Shown: in pieces, positions 54,935 through 64,000 of the stretch | How the letters are laid out: each line of letters opens with the position of its first letter | Position numbering within the stretch: the stretch's first letter is position 1 | Source: Octopus vulgaris | Lineage: Eukaryota | Assembly (NCBI GenBank): GCA_951406725.2 | Contig: OX597818.1 | Coordinates: 26,660,001-26,724,000, forward strand | Length of the DNA: 64,000 nucleotides | Direction: 5' to 3' | Made by a program: the position numbers and the translations under genes | Notes under the pieces: model-generated | The model's database searches: none | What the model saw: the letters and a program-made list of their open reading frames with translations, nothing else | Told to the model about the DNA's origin: nothing

Positions 54935-55730
54935 ATCAACATCATCATCATCATTTAACATCCATTTTCCATGCTGGCTTGGGTTGGATGGTTTCACAAG
55001 AGCTGGTAGGTCAGGGGCCACATCAGACTCTATTGTGTGTTCTGGCATGGTTTCTACAGCTGGATGCTCCTCCTAATACCAACCACTTTACAAAGTGTAC
55101 TGGGTGCTTTTACATGGCAACAGCACCAGTACCTTTCACATGGCACCATCACCAGTGCCTTTTACATGACACAAGCACCAGTATAAATTCTGCTGTGATT
55201 GACAAGTCTTCTTGAATACAGCAAGTCACCAGATATCTCAGTCCTTTGTAATCTCTTTCGTAAGGCTCAGTATCTTGAGATCTGCCTTCAGTACTTCATC
55301 CCATATCTTCCTGGGTCTCCCTCTTCCATGAGTTCCATCCAGCACTTCTGTACGCAACTGTCTCTTTTCATATGCATCACATGACCAAACCACTGCAGTC
55401 TTCTCTCTTGCACACTACAGCTAATTCCTCTTATGTCTAACTTTCCTTTCAATACACTATGGTTCTGTTGCACATGTACATTGACATTGCACATCCAGTG
55501 GAGCATACTAGTTTCATTCTTCTCTAGCCTTCGCATGTCCTCTGCATTCAGGCCCCATATCTCATTATCATGTAGCATTTCTGTTTGTATACATGCATCA
55601 TACAATCTTCTTTTCATTCAGAGAGAGAGAGACCTTTGGTTGCCAACTCAGGTAAAAGTTGTCTGAATTTTCTCCACCCTATTCTTATTCTAGTGATTAC
55701 ACTTTCCATACATCCTCCCCCAATGCTAAT
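54935..55730 (-). mobile_element. RTE-type LINE 3' part (RT C-terminus, 3' UTR, (TGA)n tail)
   Basis: ORF RLYDACIQTEMLH...RRLEKNETSMLHWMC...ERRLQWFGHVMHM; 3' end shared with copies at ~7550, ~13870, ~15425, ~43800, ~53855 and ~63095. Confidence 0.88.
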
Positions 55731-56362
55731 TAGTAAATTTATAAATGTTTTTAGTAGACAAGGAAAGGTGTGTCTTCAAGGTTTTGTAGTGAAAATGTTA
55801 TTAATAACATTGCAGCAGTCTTCTACAACCTTACTCTTGTAATTTCTCTTATGATTCAACAAAATAGATTATCTGGCCCAGGTCTGGAAACAAGGATGCC
55901 AGAAAATTGTTGTACCTATCTGTTCACACACACACACACACACACTGAAATATATATACATACATATAGATTCAAAACAACAAACAGGTGGTCAAATATC
56001 TTAACTGGCCACTTCTAAGACCCATTTATTCTTTGTCCTAGCCCCGTAGACTCAAGCAAAAAAAAAAAAATTAAGAATATTTGAATTCCTGACATTTTAT
56101 TGAATTCTAATTCCTGAACCAATAAATTAAAGGTTATAAACGAAGACATACAAATACACACACACACACACACATGTAGTGGCTTACAAAATGCTGACAT
56201 CTCACTCACACACACACACACATGTGCACATATAAAACAAAACCCCCATACACAATAATTCACAATTTTTAAAAAAATTATGTTAGGAATGAAGGTACTA
56301 AAAATATTTTCCAACTTCTGACTACCTTCTTTTATTAATATACACAATTTGTATGCCACTAC

Positions 56363-56400
<38 letters not shown>

Positions 56401-56945
56401 CCTTGTCTAGACATCACATGTGTGTGTGTGTCTTTGTTTATATCCCTTAATTTAATAGTTTAGGAAATAGAATTCAATAAGATAAGTTACCAAACTGAAA
56501 GATAAGTTCTGGGTTTGATATGATTGACTAAATACCCTTTTAAGTGGTGCCCCAACATGGCTGCAGTCCAGTGATTGAAGCAATTAAGAGACTATCTATT
56601 TCTTATATTTGTATTTACGTATATAGAGGTGAGTTAAGTTAGAGGTTATAACAACCGTCTGAGGGATAATTGCATCCAATGAATTAATTGGTGTCTTACC
56701 AATATGTGATTATGAGTATTGGTATTAATGCTCATAAATGATAGGTAAAGTCAAGAATAAACTGAATTTTATCTATATTCAAGGAAAAAAGAAAATAGAG
56801 ACAAAATTGATAATTTTATCTCCATTTTCTTTTTTTTTTTTTGTTTCCTTGTTTACTTATATATGTATATCTTGAGGTTCATTTCTTCTGTTTCATATTC
56901 ATTCCCTTTCCAGTTCTAATCGTTTTCTGTTTCAATTTCTTACAG

Positions 56946-57032
56946 TCTTGTAGAAAGCAATCCAAAAGAAAATTTAGGGATTGTTGTATCATACAAGGTG
57001 AAGGTAAAACTAATTCTAGGATTTGCCTCCAG
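56946..57032 (+). CDS. ARRB1: Beta-arrestin exon (87 nt): LVESNPKENLGIVVSYKVKVKLILGFAS(S)
   Basis: ttacag|T acceptor, AG|gtaaag donor; GIVVSYKVKVKL motif. Confidence 0.96.
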
Positions 57033-58154
57033 GTAAAGAATCACCATATTATATCTTTTATTCTATTCTAAATATTTGTGAAGGACAATCTATATTGAGG
57101 TACCTTCTAAGCTCTATCTTGTAGCTTTGAAAATATTTGACACACTCTCTGACCACCACTAACTGACAAAAATATATATTCTTAATCCTCTTTTACTATC
57201 TGCATTTTGTTTACATCTACATATTTATATAAATTAGAAAGACTTGACAGATAATAATTTATACTATAACAATACACGTTTGACAGAAAGTGGGGGAGGT
57301 ACTGAAAAAAACTATGATCATAGTTTTTTTCAGTAAATCTTCTTCAAAATTGTGTGTACTTTTTTTTTAGCAAATCTTCAAAATTGTGTGTACTTATGTG
57401 GGCGTGTGGTTGTGTATATGTGTGAGTGAGTGAATGACAATATGTTTGCTTTTGAACTGGTTTCTGCATTCTATATACCCAACTTCATTAACATTTATAG
57501 AGTAGGTACTAGGTCTTATTCATAGGTACAGTATTAGAGTTAAAGTTATTTGAAGAAAGCCACTTCAATGGCTAAAACACTTCAGTGGTTAAACCACTTC
57601 AGTGTAGCTTAAACATCCTAGAAAAAATATCCTATGGATTCTTTATCTACAGAATCAGTGCAACTTCACTTTTACTCCATGGTATATTATTTTATATGCA
57701 TATAGTGTAGCTTGATATACTCTAAGCACTTTGGAGCAGCTTATCTTCAATTTATCCCAAATATATGTTCCTGCTTTACCTTCTCTAAAAGTTAAAAGGT
57801 AACCTTAAGCCTGATATGAATTAGAAGGCACAAGGATTTACCAAGCTACAAAAGTCCTACTTACTACCATTGCATCAAATTCCTCATCTTGCCAATAATT
57901 ATAATTTCTAACATAGGCACAATGTCAGAAATTTGAGAGGAATAAGTCAATTAAATGCTTTACATATTGTAATTATATTTCAGTTTTTCATACAGAAAGA
58001 GAGAGAAATAGATTTTAAATTTTTCAAAAAGATTAAGTTAATAATTTTTTTTTTAAAGAATTGAATAAATGCATGCATTGTTAAACATTTACACTGAATA
58101 TTATTTTTATTGATTTATACTATATAACTTTTCTTCTTTGATTTTTGTATCCAG

Positions 58155-58292
58155 CGACTTATCAGTTGAACTCCCTTTCACTCTAACACATCCAAAACCA
58201 CAAGATACACCTCCATCTTCACGGCCAGCTAGTGTGGCCCAAGAAAATCCAGATGCTCCTATTGATACTAACCTTATCCAGCTTGACACAAA
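58155..58292 (+). CDS. ARRB1: Beta-arrestin exon (138 nt): [15 protein letters not shown]...[13 protein letters not shown](N)
   Basis: atccag|C acceptor, AA|gtaagt donor; ELPFTLxHPKP and clathrin box LIQLD. Confidence 0.96.
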
Positions 58293-59311
58293 GTAAGTTT
58301 ACAGTGACAAATACTTTTCTGTACAACTTTTTTTTTAGTAGGCACCTGTCATTCTTGAGGGGCCATGGATCACAACTGATATCACAATATTTCAGTTCCA
58401 CTATCTAAAGTTTACATAATTTCTGTTGAGAAAATTAGTCAAACATTGAAATTAAAACCTCTTTAATAATTAATTAAATTAATAGAAGACTAACAGTGAA
58501 AAAAAAACTAAAATTGTTTTTACACCTATTAATATATTCCCTCTCTATTCTATGTCATTACCAATCACTTTCAATAAAAGGTCACTCACACATCATTTTT
58601 AGCATGCATTTTTCCATGATTGCTTGGGTCAGATGGAGTTTATTAAGACAGACACCTTTATTGTTGCCAGCAATCACTTGTTTCCAAGCAAGATAATACT
58701 TCCCCATGGCTAGATATGTTTTCACAGAATACTGGAAATGAATGATACTGCTTGTATGTCAATGACATTCATTTACAACTACCTCACTACATGATGTCAA
58801 GACAAGAAGTAATTTAACACCACACACATGCACACTTGCTTGGCTTTAATTGGCTCCAGGCTACAGTAGAAGATACTTGCCCAAGGTGCCACACAGTGAG
58901 ACAGAACTCAAGACTGTATAGCTGGGAAGCCAACTTCTCAATCATACTGCCATACCTGTGGCTATATGCTAAAATTATTCAATCTACTTTCTTGTGTCAA
59001 TGAATTTCCAGAAGTAAAAGTGAAATTAGATGCAAGTTGTAGTCTACAAATAATATAGAATTTAGATTCTTTAGACAGAAGAAGACAAAAAGTTTTGAAT
59101 TTTCTTTTCTTTTTTTTGCATCACTGCACCTATCTCTGAATTGGTACTAGTCTTTCTTTAATAAACACTATAAAAATTCAAAAGTTCATAGTTGTTTAAT
59201 GTTAAAATTAGCATACAAATTTCTTTTGTATCATACCTACCATTTAAAATTGAAAAGTTGATCAACAATACATTATATAATGTAGTTCTTGAGAAACTAA
59301 ATCTGAATATA

Positions 59312-59545
59312 TATTTCTTTACTACCCACAAGGGACTAAACATAGAGGGGACAAACAAGGACAGACAAAGGAATTAAGTCGATTACATCGACCCCAGTGC
59401 GAAACTGGTACTTTATTTATTGACCCCAAAAGGATGAAAGGCAAAGTCGACCTTGGCGGAATTTGAACTCAGAACGTAATGGCAAACGAAATACCACAAA
59501 GCATTTCACCTGGCGTGCTAACATTTCTGCTAGCTCGCCACCTTA
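59312..59545 (-). mobile_element. Family B SINE with ~21 bp TSD
   Basis: GAGA(A/C)ACTAAATCTGAATATA at 59291-59311 and 59546-59566; reverse complement of the 28835 copy. Confidence 0.9.
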
Positions 59546-59799
59546 GAGACACTAAATCTGAATATAGACAAAATGATCACTGCTGGAATTGCTTTGATCT
59601 GGACTAACATGGAACTAAGAACAACAACTGTAAACTAAAAAGATATAACTGCTTGTCAAGCAAATAATTATAGCGTATAAAATTATACTTTCTTTTATGT
59701 ATGTTACTTGCATATGTATGTTTTTATGTTCACTTCACAAACATCCTTGAGACTACATATTTGTTTGTTTGTTTTCTTTTCTTTCTTTTCTTTTTCCAG

Positions 59800-59899
59800 T
59801 GGAGAAAATTTAATGACTGACCGAGATGATGATTTTATCTTTGAAGATTTTGCCCGTCTGCGTCTTAAAGGTCATGAAGGAGATGACACTGAGGCTTAA
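59800..59899 (+). CDS. ARRB1: Beta-arrestin last coding exon: GENLMTDRDDDFIFEDFARLRLKGHEGDDTEA*
   Basis: Long pyrimidine tract then ttccag|T; AP-2-binding FEDFARLR motif; TAA at 59897-59899. Confidence 0.97.
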
Positions 59900-60499
59900 T
59901 CTGCCTAAGCCAATGACCTGTTGCTACTGCTGCTCCTGCTGCTGCCCTCTTGTCCTTCAAACTTTCACAAAAATATTCTCTTGTTTCTATTCTATTCATC
60001 TTCTTCATCGTGGTGCCACATCAGTTCTATTGCTGATTCTGATCAGTGGCTGTGACATGTTCATCATGTATACTTTCTAGACCAGAACTCAATCTTGACA
60101 ATTCAAAAAGATAATTTCATTCTAAGGTTCTAAATTTTCTCATTGATCTGTAAGTTCAAGAAACATGTAAAAAAACACAAACCGAAAAAATGGAGACAAA
60201 ATTCTCAGATCTTTTGTAAAGATTAATCTAAAAACTGCGTTCCATTAGTTGAGTCTCTTATACTCATTCATCTTGAGTCCTGTTATATATATTTTTCTCT
60301 CATTAACTGCAAGAAATAACTCATAAAGTCTGCCAACGTTTATCTCATATTTAATTATTTCTTGTAAACATGAACCCAAATATTCAACACATATAAAAAA
60401 AAGTTAAAACTATGTGGCTTTGTAAATACGTGCAGGAGTGTTCACTTATTTACAAGCATGTATGCATAATTGCCAGATATAATTACGTTTACGAATACA

Positions 60500-60690
60500 T
60501 GCATAAATGCATACATATATACATGCATGCAGGAATTCGTATGTATATATGTGTGTATGTATATATATATATATATATACACATGAATATATAGATGCAT
60601 ACATATATACATGTGTGTGTTTATGTGCATAAATATGTGTTTATGTGTGTGTGTGTGTATATAAATTATATACATTTATATATAGTTACC

Positions 60691-60757
<67 letters not shown>

Positions 60758-61000
60758 TTATATATGTATATATATATTTATATATGTATATATATATATG
60801 TATATATATATTTATATATGTATATATATATGTATATATATATTTATATATGTATATATATATTTATATATGTATATATATATATATATTATATATATAT
60901 ATATATACATGCATATATATATACACATATATAAGCATGTATATATGTGTGTGTATATACATATGTGTGTGTGCGTGTGTGTGTGTATATATATATATAC

Positions 61001-61040
<40 letters not shown>
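60500..61040. repeat. Compound (TA)n/(TG)n low-complexity tract downstream of the stop codon
   Basis: Directly visible; similar tracts at 62020-62250, 62730-63095 and 63240-63690. Confidence 0.92.
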
Positions 61041-61042
<2 letters not shown>

Positions 61043-61758
61043 ACTTCTTATCAAACATACAAATTATCGATATCCATGGATGTGATTTAATTTATATGTG
61101 GATAAATAAATGTTTACACACATTTCAAAGTTTTTTTATGCATTTCGTTTCAGTCTGTAATATTGAAGGGAGACAATTCAGATGTATGTATGTATGTATG
61201 TAGATAGAATTATGTGTGTGTGTGTACATATGTGTATGGGAATATATGTGTGTGTTTGTGTAGGCATATATAAATGTATGTCTATTTTCATGTGTGTATG
61301 TCTACATATATACTCATGTACATACACACACTCACATATATACATGTATGCATGTTTCTACATATGTATGTATGCATATGATGTATAAGTACCTAAGTCA
61401 ATTAGCATTTCAAGATCATTTAAATCTTGATAAAATGGTGATAGTGGCAATGTTATTAAACAACTGTGTGTTAGACAGCAATGGATCATGGCAATTATGA
61501 TGTATCTGATGGAATCATTGTTTTCAGATACAAATTTGTTAAAAGATAAATTTCAGATTTATCTATAATGGACTTAAAACATTGCTGGTGCAAAGCAATT
61601 ATATGAAATTCGTATTGAAATCGGAAGAATATTAAATAAAATACATTACACAATAATAAAACTGGTGGCTTCAGTATGTATAAAAGAAAGCTAATACAAC
61701 ATACAAATATTCCACATGCACACACAGACACACATGTATATTTACATATGTCTGCTTG

Positions 61759-61800
<42 letters not shown>

Positions 61801-62087
61801 AATCCTTATTGTATAGTGTTATAGCTCCATTTCAGCCAAATTTACCACTTGGTAGATTTAGGTCTAAAATGTTGTATAGAATAAAGAATGACATACCTAC
61901 ATTACTGTGTGAGTATATGTATATTTATATGTTTACATATATGTGTATATACATAAATTTATGTACAAAAAATGCATATGCATCTATATCTGTATGTATG
62001 TGTGTATGACAATATATAATATATAATGCCTGTATATGCATATATTTCCTATATATATATATATGATGCCTGTATATGCATATATTT

Positions 62088-62159
<72 letters not shown>

Positions 62160-62461
62160 TACGTGCACACTTAAACATAATAAACACGTCTGTGTACATG
62201 CAATATATATATATATATGGATGTGTGTGTGTGTGTAGATAGATAGATATGACAATTACTGTATGGAAGACACTATTAGCAATTCAGTTTTTGAATGGTT
62301 AATATATGTCTTCCAAGATCTAATTGTTTTAGTTTCAACACCCAGTTTCAGATCAAACCATATTCTCAGGCATCTCCAAAGTATATATATAAATGGCAGT
62401 GCCCCAGCATTGCTCTGGCTCTCAAGCTAAAACTAGTAAAAGGGTATATAAATATATATAT

Positions 62462-62644
62462 ATATAAAATGAAATGACAAAGGAATAAATGGTTATGTTA
62501 TGAATATCATTAGCTTACAGCTGTTTCTCCTATAAGATGCAGTGGAATCAACTATGAGTCCACTGCATCTTATAGCAGAAACTGTTGTAAACTAATGAAG
62601 TTCATAACATAATCATTTATTCCTTTGTTGTCTCATTTTCATAT
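62462..62644. repeat. Long fold-back palindrome, ~88 bp arms, 4 nt loop (62551-62554)
   Basis: Core CTATAAGATGCAGTGGA / TCCACTGCATCTTATAG is perfectly complementary; pairing extends with few mismatches out to ACAAAGGAATAAATG / CATTTATTCCTTTGT. Confidence 0.93.
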
Positions 62645-62787
62645 CACTGCTCTGTACTCAACTAATACTTTGCTCTGATATATATGTATATTTAGCTCTA
62701 CACCAGGTTATTGGGCTCACAATGACTAAGTGAATATATATATATATATATATATATTGATAGGTAAGTAGATAGATAGATACACAC

Positions 62788-62846
<59 letters not shown>

Positions 62847-62894
62847 AGTTTTTCATTGTATGATTTGCCTAATAGTGGTTTTATCTCTAATTTA

Positions 62895-62959
<65 letters not shown>

Positions 62960-63094
62960 ATGTATGTATATATATTATGTATGTATGTATATGTATGTAT
63001 ATATATTATATATGTATGTATATATATTATATATGTATGTATATATATTATATATGTATGTATATATATTATATATGTATGTATATGTATGTAT

Positions 63095-63240
63095 ATCATC
63101 ATCATCATCATCATCGTTTAACGTCCGCTTTCCATGCTAGCATGGGTTGGACGGTTCAACTGGGGTCTGGCAAGCTCGAAGGCTGCACCAGGCCAGTCAG
63201 ATCTGGCAGTGTTTCTACAGCTGGATGCCCTTCCTAACGC
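63095..63240 (-). mobile_element. Young short RTE-type 3' end embedded in (TA)n
   Basis: (CAT)n then GTTTAACGTCCGCTTTCCATGCTAGCATGGG...GGATGCCCTTCCTAACGC. Confidence 0.82.
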
Positions 63241-63258
63241 ATATATATATGTATGTAT

Positions 63259-63299
<41 letters not shown>

Positions 63300-63465
63300 T
63301 ATGTATATATATGTATGTATATATATATATGTATATATATATGTATGTATATATATATATATGTATATATATATCTGTATGTATATATATATGTGTGTAT
63401 GTATATATATATATGTATGTATATATCTGTATGTATATATATATGTATATATATATATGTGTATG

Positions 63466-63530
<65 letters not shown>

Positions 63531-63623
63531 ATAGGTAGGTAGATAGATAGATACACGTGTGTGTGTGTATATATGTATGTATATATATATATATATGTGT
63601 GTATGTATATATGTGTGTATGTA

Positions 63624-63669
<46 letters not shown>

Positions 63670-64000
63670 CATACTCACACACACACAAACATTTTCAGGA
63701 ATCCTTATCACTGCACTACTATACAATCAGTTTGCTGTTGTAAAATATTATGTTGGAATATCCGTATCGATACTTTCTCTGTGGACAAATGAACTTTGCA
63801 TGTAGTGCTCAAAAGTAATACTTCATAAAAATATGATATACTCTATAACATGACTGACAGACATTAAGCACACATGATGGGGTTGGTTTAGCATGAAGAA
63901 AATGCTTATGTAGCTTAGAGTTGTTGTTGGTTGTACAGATTTGTTGTAAACTTGACATGTATGACGATATAAGTTGCATATATACTTAAAAATCATGCAA

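Noticed and set aside
59826-60080. Cys-rich ORF overlapping the last exon, or stop-codon readthrough
   Set aside because: Cys run comes from a (TGC)n-like repeat in the 3' UTR; the TAA-T stop context is not readthrough-prone

Overview
AT-rich, microsatellite- and transposon-dense animal genomic DNA. The SINE families, (TA)n/(CA)n load and long introns point to a coleoid cephalopod, probably Octopus (inference from recalled repeat families). One protein-coding gene is supported: a + strand beta-arrestin (non-visual arrestin). Ten GT-AG exons between 32107 and 59899 splice in frame to about 378 aa ending ...FEDFARLRLKGHEGDDTEA*. Its N-terminal exons were not found, so 1-32106 is probably one long intron. 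The rest is mostly decayed mobile DNA: a full-length Tc1, three mariners, two DD37D/maT relics, a Helitron, RTE-type LINE pieces, tRNA-derived SINEs with TSDs, MITEs and a 1 kb minisatellite. Almost all long ORFs in the track are microsatellite artefacts. The most novel-looking signal is a near-canonical minimal hammerhead ribozyme at ~50097-50150 (-). Two otherwise dissimilar ~170-180 bp fold-back palindromes (10983-11153, 62462-62644) carry the same GAAACAGCTGTAA-like hammerhead 3' half on both arms. No CRISPR array or prokaryotic system is supported. All coordinates were read by eye; no search was run.
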